From: a virus
Taxonomy: Duplodnaviria > Caudoviricetes
Reading direction: 5' to 3' (one strand)
Virus record (IMG/VR): IMGVR_UViG_3300013426_000014
Coordinates: 128,001 to 192,000 of that record
DNA: 64,000 nt
Positions within the stretch are counted from its first letter, which is position 1. Each line of letters begins with the position of its first letter. Below the pieces are notes generated by a model that had not been told where the DNA came from, searched no databases, and was given only the letters and a program-made list of their open reading frames with translations. The translations under genes and the position numbers were made by a program. Below, in pieces: positions 48,208 through 58,089 of the stretch.

Positions 48208-48630
48208 TCAATTGAGATTTTCCTCTATCAGATTGACTTTATTCTCGACCGCGGTGAGACGCATGCCGAACGTGTCGAAGTCGCCCACTGACGCGGACCA
48301 CAGGTTTTTCAGGTTCCATTCTTTTTTGCCTTCGGATCCGTCGACATATTTGACCGTCAGCACGCCGTTGTCATAGTCGAGATTAACGTCTTTCACGTAA
48401 TTTTTAAGCACGGCCCGGATTTCCGCGACGCTGTCGTCCAGCGTCTGTATCTTACCCGGCACGCCGGCGAGCTCTGCCTTCAGCGTCTTGCTGATATTTC
48501 CATATGATCCGCCGTTCATCCAGATTTCCTTCGTGTCCGTCGCGAAATACACCGCGTTGGTGTACTTTTCCCTGTTGACCGGGTTCTTGTAATCCTCCAG
48601 CTTGCCCCTGTAAAAATTTAATGTCGCCAT
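48208..48630 (-). CDS. Small fibre-associated structural protein
   Basis: FYRG...AVYFATDTKEIWMNG resembles the N-termini of neighbouring fibre genes. Confidence 0.6.
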   Translation of the reverse strand: MATLNFYRGKLEDYKNPVNREKYTNAVYFATDTKEIWMNGGSYGNISKTLKAELAGVPGKIQTLDDSVAEIRAVLKNYVKDVNLDYDNGVLTVKYVDGSEGKKEWNLKNLWSASVGDFDTFGMRLTAVENKVNLIEENLN

Positions 48631-48654
48631 ATCTTGTAGATCGTTATTCTTGAT

Positions 48655-49833
48655 TTATTCGCCGTCGATCTCGGTGTCCCATCCGCTATCGCCGCTGTCA
48701 TCCTTCCAGCTCATGCTCGAGTCGATTTTCTTGACGACCTCCGTTATCTTCTCCTCGATTTGCGGGTCGGTTGTCACCGTCTCCGACACGATGCTCGTGA
48801 TCGTCTCCTTCGTCGTCTCGGACTTGATTTCGGTGTTGACAATCTCTTTTATCTTGTCGTCCGAAGGCGCCGCGGCCGCGGCTTCCTCCTTCGCTATTGT
48901 CCGGATGTCGTCTGCCGACGGTATTTCCGGCATGTTCGCGTCATGGACCTCTTTCGCGAGATCCTTTATATGATCGTCGGTCGGCACTTCCGGAATGTCA
49001 ATCGCGGCGACGGCGGCGGCGATTGCCTTGTCCGATTCGGATTTAGTGACGAAACCTTTATCCGCGATTATCGTCTCGACTTCATTCGCGTCGACAAGGT
49101 TTTTAACATCGTCTTTGGTCACGAGACTGTCAAGCTCGGCTTTGGTGGCGAGACCGGCGATTTCGTCTTTCGTCGCGAGACCGTCCAGTTCGTCCGCCTT
49201 AACAAAACTTGCAGTTTTCTCGTCGATCTTCTTGTCGACGTCAGACCCCTTCACGAAATCTTTGACATCATCGGCTGACACCAGATTCGCGTTTTGTATC
49301 GCGTCGTTGACCGCGTCGTCGAGCTGATCCTTCGTCACGACGTTGTTCCCGACCGTCTGTTTGACGATTTCGGTAATCGTCTCTTGTATGATTTTGTTAT
49401 TTTGTATCTCAGATATGACAATATCGGATACGGCGCCGGCGGCGATCTGCTCGATTCTTGAATCAATCTCGCGCAACGACGGGATTATCATCGGGTCCTC
49501 CCCGTTCACCCCGCCTATCGCGAGAATCATGTCGTAATGATCTATTTCTTTGAGTTCCTTGCCGTCCTCAACAACATGTACTTCATATGGCACGACCGCC
49601 GGCTCACCCGGTCTGAGCGGCGGGCGTTTCTTCTTTATGATATCGACCGCGTCGTCGAGATCATTCGCGGTGTTCTTATATGCCATAAATTGGATGGCCG
49701 GACGCTCCATCGGACGGCCCGGCTTTTCCGGACACGCGCACATGAAAAAATTATCGGAATAACCCGTATTATTTGCGGATCCGGTTCTCGCCGACATGGC
49801 GGACTCCGGCGTGCCGCAGTTTTTGCAAGCCAT
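48655..49833 (-). CDS. Coiled-coil structural protein with LATKxE repeats
   Basis: Acidic helical repeats (LATKDEIAGLATKAEL); late motif at 49859-49867. Confidence 0.6.
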   Translation of the reverse strand: MACKNCGTPESAMSARTGSANNTGYSDNFFMCACPEKPGRPMERPAIQFMAYKNTANDLDDAVDIIKKKRPPLRPGEPAVVPYEVHVVEDGKELKEIDHYDMILAIGGVNGEDPMIIPSLREIDSRIEQIAAGAVSDIVISEIQNNKIIQETITEIVKQTVGNNVVTKDQLDDAVNDAIQNANLVSADDVKDFVKGSDVDKKIDEKTASFVKADELDGLATKDEIAGLATKAELDSLVTKDDVKNLVDANEVETIIADKGFVTKSESDKAIAAAVAAIDIPEVPTDDHIKDLAKEVHDANMPEIPSADDIRTIAKEEAAAAAPSDDKIKEIVNTEIKSETTKETITSIVSETVTTDPQIEEKITEVVKKIDSSMSWKDDSGDSGWDTEIDGE

Positions 49834-49982
49834 TATCAACGCGTTTTATGTTTTCTGTATATTTATCATCCGGGACCCGGAATTTGATGAAAAATAAAAC
49901 AGCGACGGACGGTATATAATATTCAGACGGACGGGTTGTTCGTCACGGTTTATAAGTTTAACTTTCTAAAACAGGTTTACAG

Positions 49983-50891
49983 ATGCCTAAAAACAAACTG
50001 ACGCTGCACATGGCGGGATCGTCGTCGCAGTTCGTCAATTACCTCAAGGACTTCCAGAAAATTTCAAGAAGTCTTTTGCTCGAGATTGATCCTTTCAACC
50101 GGCAGTTCATCGCGAAGACGTTCTCTGAGAACAGGAACGCGATCAAGTTCAGCGCGATATCGTTCGACGACTGCAACATGCAGATTTCCGCGCATGACCA
50201 GACGGACGAGCTCAAGGATCTCAAGTACAGGATCAAGCTTGGAATTCTCGTCCAGCTTCCAAAGATTATCAGCATCATCGAGCGTTTCGAGTCCGACGCG
50301 AAGGACGAGAACTCGTTTGACATCATTGTCAATTATGATGTGCTCCGCGACGCGTCCGGCGGCGTGTCAGATTTCATCGCGGAGAATATTCAGTTTAACT
50401 CGTCGTTTCTCACTATGAAGATGGATGGTTTCAGACCGGCGGAGTTCCGGTATCTTCCGGATGACCAGTTCAACAACAGTATATTCAAGCTGACGGATTC
50501 GGTCGATTTCCTTATGCCGTCCGCTGTCATCGCGTCCGTTATCAAGACGTCCGACATCGTCAAGATTGATCCGAACAAGGACACGCTCGTGTTCTATGTC
50601 GACGGCAAGGACGTTTACGTCAAAGACTACACCGGCAAGGATAAGTCTGGCAAGGACAACCAGTCGAATTTCGTCTATAAGATAGGCGAGCTTGACTCCG
50701 AACCCGGATATCCGGTGCGCGTCATGATCTTCAGGAACATGTTCATCCAGTTCCTCGATAAGTCGTCCGACGATTATACTGTGTTCTTCGGTAAGTCGGT
50801 CAACGGCGCGGTCGACAGGTTGTGCATGCAGACAGTGTCAGACAAGGGCGCTGTGTCAAAGGTCGTCATTTCTGTTGTCAACGAGGATTAA
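49983..50891 (+). CDS. Putative DNA sliding clamp (T4 gp45-like)
   Basis: Size (302 aa) and N-terminal YLKDFQKISRSLLLEID pattern; no catalytic motif, so the function is tentative. Confidence 0.45.
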   Translation: MPKNKLTLHMAGSSSQFVNYLKDFQKISRSLLLEIDPFNRQFIAKTFSENRNAIKFSAISFDDCNMQISAHDQTDELKDLKYRIKLGILVQLPKIISIIERFESDAKDENSFDIIVNYDVLRDASGGVSDFIAENIQFNSSFLTMKMDGFRPAEFRYLPDDQFNNSIFKLTDSVDFLMPSAVIASVIKTSDIVKIDPNKDTLVFYVDGKDVYVKDYTGKDKSGKDNQSNFVYKIGELDSEPGYPVRVMIFRNMFIQFLDKSSDDYTVFFGKSVNGAVDRLCMQTVSDKGAVSKVVISVVNED

Positions 50892-50911
50892 TCTCCAAAT
50901 TGCTTTGAAAC

Positions 50912-52003
50912 ATGAGTAACATTAAAAATATCAAGAGCGACGGCCAGCTCGAATGGTCGAGAAAGGCTGCGGCTGAGTTTGACTGGAGCCTGTATGAAGA
51001 CGGGTGGGACGGAAGTGGATTGCGCGTCAATAAGAAGGTGAAGACCAAATCGAAGAAGGATTTGGTGTTCTGCCATGAGAAATACGCACAGAAGCTTTAC
51101 GATCTGTACGAGAATAACGGCATGCCTGCAGAGGGCGGCGGCAAGGATCTCGGTGTCAACACTGTCGTCATGGCGAAGACGATGACCAGGATTTCTGACC
51201 ATGAAATCAGTCTCGACACCGACGCGGGACTTACTGTCATTGTTGACATGAATAAGGAGAAACAGTTCATCGACGCTTGTAACGGCGCGTCTGTCCGGGA
51301 GTTCATGGATGAGATCGCGAAGCCTGATTCCAAGTTCCGCGACGCGTTGCTTAACCAGGGCGTTTACGCGAAGCAGATTAAAGGCGGCAGGACCTCTATT
51401 TGGGAAGGTCACATCGCGAAGATCCAGTCAGAGTTCGCCGAACAGCTCAAGAATCCGACTTTCGCGTACAAGGCGAAGGTGCTTGACGCGAACAACGGCG
51501 GCTATATCGTCGATGTGCAGGGTATCAGGTGTTTCATGCCGGGATCGCTCGCCGCGGCCGGTGTTATCACGGATTTCTCTGAGCTCATCGGCAAGGAGGT
51601 GCCGGTCATGGTTATCAACTATGTCAAGAACCTTGGCTTCATTGTGTCGTATAAGAAGTATCTTAGTACGATTCTGCCGCATAAGATTGAGACGGAGCTT
51701 GTTATCGGTCAGCAGATTACCGGACGTGTCACCGGCTGCAGCAAGTTCGGTGTATTCGTCCAGTTCCCTGACACCAATGGTGAGTGGGTGTTCTCTGGAC
51801 TTGTTCATACGTCAACGATGAGCAAGGATTTCCGCCGTGATTTCGACGCGCACCGCATCGATACCGGTGACGGGGTCGATCTGTACATCAGCAATATCGT
51901 GTTCGAGCCGAAACGGCAGAGGATTATCCTTACCGATATCAATCCGCTCGACAAGCTCAAAGCGGCATTTGACTCATCCGTGTCTGAAAAAAGACATAAG
52001 TAA
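50912..52003 (+). CDS. rpsA: Ribosomal protein bS1-like S1-domain protein (truncated, about 3 domains)
   Basis: EFDWSLYE N-terminus, GGYIVDVQGIRCFMPGS, ITGRVTGCSKFGVFVQF...GLVHTS. Confidence 0.8.
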   Translation: MSNIKNIKSDGQLEWSRKAAAEFDWSLYEDGWDGSGLRVNKKVKTKSKKDLVFCHEKYAQKLYDLYENNGMPAEGGGKDLGVNTVVMAKTMTRISDHEISLDTDAGLTVIVDMNKEKQFIDACNGASVREFMDEIAKPDSKFRDALLNQGVYAKQIKGGRTSIWEGHIAKIQSEFAEQLKNPTFAYKAKVLDANNGGYIVDVQGIRCFMPGSLAAAGVITDFSELIGKEVPVMVINYVKNLGFIVSYKKYLSTILPHKIETELVIGQQITGRVTGCSKFGVFVQFPDTNGEWVFSGLVHTSTMSKDFRRDFDAHRIDTGDGVDLYISNIVFEPKRQRIILTDINPLDKLKAAFDSSVSEKRHK

Positions 52004-52032
52004 TCTGTCTTCTGACTTATATAATCTGTATT

Positions 52033-52677
52033 ATGAAGATTATAATTTTGGAAGGTGTTGATAATCTTGGCAAGAGCACGGTGGCTCGTGCTCTTGCCGA
52101 TTTTTACACGAAAGAAGGTTACGGCGTCGTGTCGATCCACTGTGTCGCCCGGACGGATTTCAACTGTCTAGCCCGCGAGATTTGCGAGATGGAATATGAA
52201 GAGTACAGGTCGAACAGGGACGGTGAGTTCAGGAATGAGACGCTGTTGATACTGGATCGGTCATGGAAGGACGAATATGTTTATGGTCCGATTTACAGGG
52301 GCAAGACAAAAGGTGAGATGATTAAACGCATACATGACATAGTCGTTCCGATCCGGAAGAAACTGGTCGATTGGCGCGCTAACATGTATGAGGTCCTGCT
52401 TGAGGCGGATCCTGATTTTGCGATTGGCAATGACGATGACAAGTCTTATTATTCCGGGATGGAGTATGACGACAAGGTCAACCGTGTAGAGTATGAGATG
52501 TCGATGTTCCGTGAGGCGATGTCGGTCAATGAGTTCTTTCTTGACGGTGATCATAAGATAAATGTCAAGGTCGATCATGACGGTAAATTCCGTCCATTGT
52601 CCGATATTACCGGCCAAATTACTGGCCGAATTAAATTCAAAAAGTTACAGGATGATACAGTATCTTGATCTGCTTAG
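52033..52677 (+). CDS. Deoxynucleoside monophosphate (thymidylate) kinase-like
   Basis: [15 protein letters not shown]-loop and ILDRS; TGA at 52666 followed by TAG at 52675. Confidence 0.75.
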
Positions 52678-53479
52678 GGATGTGTTGAAGAACGGCGTTA
52701 AGAAAGAAGACAGGACTGGCACCGGCACGTTGAGTGTGTTCGGCAGGATGGTCAGGTTTGATTTGAATGCCGGTTTCCCGTTGGTCACAACGAAGAAAAT
52801 TCATATGAAATCGGTAATACACGAGCTTCTGTGGATGATTTCTGGAAACACTAATATAAAATATCTGCAAGACAACGGCGTGCGAATATGGAACGAGTGG
52901 GCGGATGGAAATGGTGATCTCGGCCCTGTTTATGGAGCGCAGTGGAGAAATTTCGCCGGTACTGGTGTCGACCAACTTGCTGACGCGGTAAAGACGCTGA
53001 AAGAAAATCCGTCCAGCCGCCGGATCATCGTGTCGGCATGGAATCCAGCTGTGCTTCCGGATGAGTCGTCTAAAGATTTCGCCGCGAACGTCGCCGCCGG
53101 TAATGCTTCACTTCCGCCGTGTCATTGTTTTTACCAGTTTTATGTGTCAGATAACAGGCTGTCATGCATGGTATATCAACGTTCCGCGGATATGTTTCTC
53201 GGTGTGCCGTTCGACATCGCGTCATACTCACTGTTGACGATGATGATGGCGCAGGTCACCGGCCATGAGTTGGGTGAGCTCGTCTATGTGTTCGGCGACA
53301 CGCACATTTACTTAAATCATATCGATCAGGTAAAAGAACAGTTGACGCGTGAGCCGCGTTCACTTCCTGTCATGAATATCAATCCGGACGTCAAGGATTT
53401 GTTCTCGTTCGGTTATGACGACTTCAAATTGGAAGGATATGATCCGTGGCCGGCGATAAAGGCGAAGGTTTCTGTGTAA
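52652..53479 (+). CDS. thyA: Thymidylate synthase
   Basis: [51 protein letters not shown]. Confidence 0.97.
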   Translation: MIQYLDLLRDVLKNGVKKEDRTGTGTLSVFGRMVRFDLNAGFPLVTTKKIHMKSVIHELLWMISGNTNIKYLQDNGVRIWNEWADGNGDLGPVYGAQWRNFAGTGVDQLADAVKTLKENPSSRRIIVSAWNPAVLPDESSKDFAANVAAGNASLPPCHCFYQFYVSDNRLSCMVYQRSADMFLGVPFDIASYSLLTMMMAQVTGHELGELVYVFGDTHIYLNHIDQVKEQLTREPRSLPVMNINPDVKDLFSFGYDDFKLEGYDPWPAIKAKVSV

Positions 53480-53985
53480 TGATCGGTATGATAGCTTGCG
53501 TGGCGTCCAACGGCGTCATAGGAAAGGACGGCAAGATGCCGTGGGGTAACGGATTCAAGGACGATCTCGCTTTCTTTAAGAAATATACGATGGGGAAGAC
53601 CATAGTTATGGGCAGGAAAACGTATAAGTCATTACCCGGCGGCAAACCGCTTTCTGGAAGGATTAATATCGTCGTGTCGAGACATTCGACGTTGTCCGAT
53701 TATCCGCCCGGTGTCATGTTGTACGACAGTCCCGAATCTGTTGTCGATTATGCTGAGAACGGCGGGCAGTGGATAGCGGTGATAGGCGGCGGCGAGCTGT
53801 ACAGGAGTTTTCTTGACAAAACCGACGAGCTGATGCTGACTGTCATTCGCAAGAAGTATGACGGCGACACGTATTTTCCGGAATGGGAGAATATTGATAA
53901 GATCTTTCCTGTCAGGAAACGGGTCGGCGGCGGCAAGGATGAAAAAATCGGATTATACACAATTTACAAATACACCAGGAAATAA
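53479..53985 (+). CDS. folA: Dihydrofolate reductase
   Basis: NGVIGKDGKMPW, MGRKTYKSL, PLSGRINIV, IGGGELY, GDTYFP. Confidence 0.95.
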   Translation: MIGMIACVASNGVIGKDGKMPWGNGFKDDLAFFKKYTMGKTIVMGRKTYKSLPGGKPLSGRINIVVSRHSTLSDYPPGVMLYDSPESVVDYAENGGQWIAVIGGGELYRSFLDKTDELMLTVIRKKYDGDTYFPEWENIDKIFPVRKRVGGGKDEKIGLYTIYKYTRK

Positions 53986-53986
53986 T

Positions 53987-54265
53987 ATGGCGGATATGAA
54001 AATGAAGGCGCCGGCGGTTGGCGCGATAAACCAGACAGAGGTTTTGCTGAACGCGGAGAACGTCAGGTGTTCGGCATGCGGATGCACGGTATTTACACCG
54101 GGCGTCGTGTTTAAGCGGGTCAGCGCGTTGGCCAGCCCGTCCGGCCGGGAGGAAACGGTCCCGATTGATGTGATGCTGTGTCAGAAATGCGGCAAGCCAC
54201 TCAACCTGTTCAAGTCGGAGGATCATTACAATAGAATCCTTGGCGAGGGCGTCGTGAAACTTTAA
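53987..54265 (+). CDS. Small zinc-ribbon protein
   Basis: CSACG...CQKCG pairs. Confidence 0.7.
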   Translation: MADMKMKAPAVGAINQTEVLLNAENVRCSACGCTVFTPGVVFKRVSALASPSGREETVPIDVMLCQKCGKPLNLFKSEDHYNRILGEGVVKL

Positions 54266-54285
54266 CAAACAAAACGATTTTTTGT

Positions 54286-54510
54286 ATGGAATCATTCGGT
54301 TACTATAAGGTGACGGTGAAAGTCGGTGTCGAGCAGGACAACGGCAAGATAAAGAACCACAAGGAAACTTATCTTGTGATGAACGCCGGATCGCCGCAGG
54401 CCGCGGCGGATCGGGTTCAGGACCTTTTCAAGTCATGCATGGACGAGTGGCGGATTGAGTCGGTCAAGGTCGAGAAGATCGACGATATATTGAACTGCTC
54501 CGTTGATTAG
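54286..54510 (+). CDS. DUF4494-like small protein
   Basis: YYKVTVK...DNGKIKNHKETYLV.A.S...A..RV pattern, recognised from memory as a Bacteroidota family. Confidence 0.6.
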   Translation: MESFGYYKVTVKVGVEQDNGKIKNHKETYLVMNAGSPQAAADRVQDLFKSCMDEWRIESVKVEKIDDILNCSVD

Positions 54511-54528
54511 ACACATGTTGTTACAGCG

Positions 54529-54558
54529 AAGGCGGGAGGTGAGGCTCCCGCCTTTTTC
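54529..54558 (+). terminator. Intrinsic terminator
   Basis: aaggcgggag-gtgagg-ctcccgccttttt. Confidence 0.85.
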
Positions 54559-54612
54559 ATTATAAAAAATGACGTTCAGTATTTATATTATATATAAGAT
54601 TAATTGTGTTCA

Positions 54613-55176
54613 ATGTCAAAAAGAAAAAATAATGACGGCGGATCCGAACGCGCGGAGATGTCGAGCATGATAACGAACGGCGGCAAGATGTCCGCGACGG
54701 GTTTTGTCGGTATGATGTGTGCCGGTGTCGCGCTTGTCGTGTTCTTGTGTTTTTCCGCGTATTTTATTATCCATCCAGACAACGCAGTCAATATATTCGA
54801 GATGATGGATAAGTCGCTGACCATATTGACCATCGCCGCCGCCTTGCTTGGAGTCCGCAAGATATCCGGCGCGATGTCAAGCACGTTCGGCAAGAAGGTC
54901 ATCACCGTCGGCGGTGATGATAATGATTCATGCAACAGACGCGACAACCGTGGGAACAGATATAATAACGGATATAATAACGGATATAATGATGGATATT
55001 ATAACGGTGGGTATGACAACGGTTATAATGACGGTTATAATAATGGAGGTTATAATTCCGGTAATAACGGCGGTTACAATCCACGGTATTCGACAAGGAC
55101 ATCAACCGGATCCGGCATGGACTACACGATGTCGGCGGAGCGGTCAGAATCGGAGTTTGATCAACTTGACGGTTAA
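54613..55176 (+). CDS. Two-TM membrane protein (holin-like) with a GYNN-repeat tail
   Basis: Two hydrophobic segments, then YNNG/YNDG tandem repeats. Confidence 0.55.
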   Translation: MSKRKNNDGGSERAEMSSMITNGGKMSATGFVGMMCAGVALVVFLCFSAYFIIHPDNAVNIFEMMDKSLTILTIAAALLGVRKISGAMSSTFGKKVITVGGDDNDSCNRRDNRGNRYNNGYNNGYNDGYYNGGYDNGYNDGYNNGGYNSGNNGGYNPRYSTRTSTGSGMDYTMSAERSESEFDQLDG

Positions 55177-55181
55177 CAGTC

Positions 55182-55553
55182 ATGCCGTTTGTTTATGATT
55201 TCAACAAGGCGTTCACACCGGTCAAGACGGTGGACGTCTGTCCGGATGGGTGGAAACCGGTCACAGTGGAATATGTCACCGGTCAGCCGAATATGTATGA
55301 CACGATGCAGAGTGTGTGCTGGCGGGTCAAGGGGACGACACACACATTCACAATATATGAGCGGCGGCTCAATCAAATTTCACACGGCGATTATGCTGAA
55401 CATTTTAAGGAGGCTCTTGAGGGGTTCAGAAAAGACTACAATAACTGGCAGTCGGATCCAAAATACGCCGGATGCGGGTGGGTCGACGAATATATCAGAC
55501 AGTTCGGCGGGTTCATCTTGCCGGACGGGGGTAATGTCGGCGCGGGTCAATAA
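55182..55553 (+). CDS. Hypothetical protein
   Basis: ATG-TAA ORF in operon. Confidence 0.7.
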   Translation: MPFVYDFNKAFTPVKTVDVCPDGWKPVTVEYVTGQPNMYDTMQSVCWRVKGTTHTFTIYERRLNQISHGDYAEHFKEALEGFRKDYNNWQSDPKYAGCGWVDEYIRQFGGFILPDGGNVGAGQ

Positions 55554-55577
55554 TGTAAAAATAGGATAGTAAAATAT

Positions 55578-56447
55578 ATGAAACGTTACTTTCAGTGGAT
55601 AACGGGAGATGATTTCGGTAAGGTCGAGACGCTTGCCGGCATAAGGTATGAGAAAGGCGAGTATTTTCTTGATTTCGATTCCGGTGATTCGATGAACATG
55701 CGTTTTGTCGCGGCGATGACGAATGATCCGAATTCGTTACATAACAGGTTTTTGGTCGAGATTAAGGATCCGTATGATAGGTGGGGCCGGGATGTGAAAA
55801 AACCGAGGGTCGAGACCGTCGGCGACGCGGATGGTAATGATATCACGGTAGAAATTCCGCCGATTGACGATATCGTCGGGGCGACAAGGAATGGCGACGG
55901 CGATTACACAATAGGACAGTCTTCCGTCGGCAAGGTGACGCTGCTACCGCCGAAATTCAGGGGCCCGTTCCTTCCGCTGCCGGATCCAGCCGATTATTTC
56001 GCTGAAGAAAATGAGCGGAAGATAACGGCGATGCGCGAGCGCCGCCGACCGGATGACACGTGTTCCGCCGCGCCGGAGCCGGAAAAAATCGTGGTCCAGA
56101 AGAGTGAGTCCGCCGCGGTCATTGAGCCGCCGGCAGAATTAAAGACTATGGATGGCAGCGGGAAATCTACTGTGATAAAGGCGCCGACTGACGTTATATC
56201 CGAATCAGATCCGGTCTGGATTCTTGTGAACTCGTCGAAGAAGACGGCGGCGAGCATGGACGTCACGATAGAGATCGGACTGCCGTCGAAAGATCTGTAC
56301 AAGCTGGTGTCGACACAGTTCGACGGCGGTGCCGATAAATTTGAAAAAATCATACGGAAATATATTGTCGACTCGCTTACGACCGGCCCGGCGGCGGAGC
56401 AGATCGTTAAATCCGTGATGGAAGAGTACAAATCTGGAAATGAATAA
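55578..56447 (+). CDS. Hypothetical protein
   Basis: 289-aa ATG-TAA ORF. Confidence 0.75.
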   Translation: MKRYFQWITGDDFGKVETLAGIRYEKGEYFLDFDSGDSMNMRFVAAMTNDPNSLHNRFLVEIKDPYDRWGRDVKKPRVETVGDADGNDITVEIPPIDDIVGATRNGDGDYTIGQSSVGKVTLLPPKFRGPFLPLPDPADYFAEENERKITAMRERRRPDDTCSAAPEPEKIVVQKSESAAVIEPPAELKTMDGSGKSTVIKAPTDVISESDPVWILVNSSKKTAASMDVTIEIGLPSKDLYKLVSTQFDGGADKFEKIIRKYIVDSLTTGPAAEQIVKSVMEEYKSGNE

Positions 56448-56515
56448 CGGGAGTTCCTGGTAAAGCGTGTTGGGTGATAAATAGTAAAATTTTATCACCC
56501 AACTATTTTGTTATT

Positions 56516-56941
56516 ATGAAGTTATACATGACAATAGAGCCGTTGAGTACATTGAAGCACGTGTTCACGAATCTCCGGTCATTCGAGATAATAGATGTGG
56601 ATTTCATCATCAATGATATCGGGCTTGATGTCACAAAGGAGCGCAATGCGTTTATAGTCAATAATGAGATAGTTGATTTGTTGAAAAATTATTCCCGGAG
56701 CAGACGGACGTCCGGTATAATATACGTCAACAGGAATCTTAATTGTGACGTCATAAACAGTATACGCGACACGCTGTCCGGATATGACAAATCACTTGTT
56801 GACGAGCTTATCCTTATGGATAACAAGGACGTGCCGCGGATTTCCGGATTGTATCCGTGTGTCGATGAGGTGCTTTACTTCACCGCGTTCAAGAAGGTCC
56901 GGATAATAGAATGCAAGCCGCTCCCGAATTTCAACATTTAA
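56516..56941 (+). CDS. Hypothetical late protein
   Basis: ATG 56516 after GATAAATAG at 56476-56484. Confidence 0.65.
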   Translation: MKLYMTIEPLSTLKHVFTNLRSFEIIDVDFIINDIGLDVTKERNAFIVNNEIVDLLKNYSRSRRTSGIIYVNRNLNCDVINSIRDTLSGYDKSLVDELILMDNKDVPRISGLYPCVDEVLYFTAFKKVRIIECKPLPNFNI

Positions 56942-56944
56942 CAT

Positions 56945-57949
56945 CTAAGGCTGACCCATCAATCCGAAACACTGCTTGCCGGCGAGATTTCATCCCGTCG
57001 CGAGTCACAGGAAAAATCCGAGGTTTTTTCATATAGGAAGCCGCTCGTACTTAGGCAGCGGCTCGACAAGCGGAAGTAACGCGAGCGCGATGTTTATCGC
57101 TTTCAATATCTTTTCCCGTGTGTCATATACGAATGTAGGCGAATCTCATTTAACTGTCGGTTTCGCGGTGTCGATGTCGCCTAATGCTGATTTTGCAGCA
57201 GACATTCCCTTTTTTATAGATGACGCCATCTTTACCGATTTCAGTTTTCCCATCGCGACGACGGGCAGGTCGAGTACAGTGTCTATGGCTTTAATGACTG
57301 GTGTCGGTATAACGCGAACGCACGATTGGTTGAGATTCAATATTTTCGTCTTAACAGGGCGCATAGATTTCGGTGTCAGGAAAAAGGCGATCCCTTCCGG
57401 ATCGATGGTGAATAGTTTCGGTATCGCCTTCAGTAGTGCCGATATGACGCTGAGCACGGCGGCTATTATTTTCAGCACTGCCTGTATCATAATAACAAGC
57501 GTTGAGAACATCGCCTGTAGTACCGGTGCGATTTTTCCTTCTGCCGCGAGCATCAACAAGTTTCGCTTTATTTTGACTATCAATAGTTTCGCGTAAAGGC
57601 TTGCTTTTTTGATCTTAAGTGATAACAGTTCCATTTTGGTCCTGCATCTTTTCTGCATCGCCGCTATCTTGGACGCTGCTTTTTTCGAGATGCCATTGAC
57701 GAATTGGTTGAATATTCTGTTCAGATCGATTCTCCGAATAAAATCCGCGTATTTTTCGATTTTCGTAATGAACTTGTTTATCTTGTCGATTCGTTCCTGC
57801 ATTTTACATAGTCGGGATTCGGTCTCGATATCCGGCGTCTCGACGGTCATGTCGTCATTTATGTATATTCCAGCCTCCACCGATCCGGTATCGGTGTCGG
57901 CTATCATCGCATCCAGCGTGAGTTCAAGATTGTCCGATGTTGTCGCCAT
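56945..57949 (-). CDS. Helical/hydrophobic protein, 334 aa; all four Trp are TGA in the last 67 aa
   Basis: Read-through of TGA 57146 gives ...EPLPKYERLPI(W)KNLGFFL(W)LATG(W)NLAGKQCFGLMGQP-TAG, abutting the convergent gene. Confidence 0.7.
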
Positions 57950-58089
57950 AGTAAAATACGCATCTTATTTATTGAAATACAGGATCATCCTTATATTTTC
58001 GCTCCGGAAAAAGTTGTTCTGTTTATATCGGCATTTTGAAAAAGTTGAGCAATGCCTCAATAATATATTAAGACAAATGATTTTTGACT

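Noticed and set aside
39061-49537. Long plus-strand ORFs antisense to fibre genes
   Set aside because: Shadow frames caused by codon bias of the minus-strand genes; no motifs or promoters.
54961-55080. CRISPR array or iteron repeats
   Set aside because: Short imperfect 12-bp in-frame coding repeats without unique spacers.
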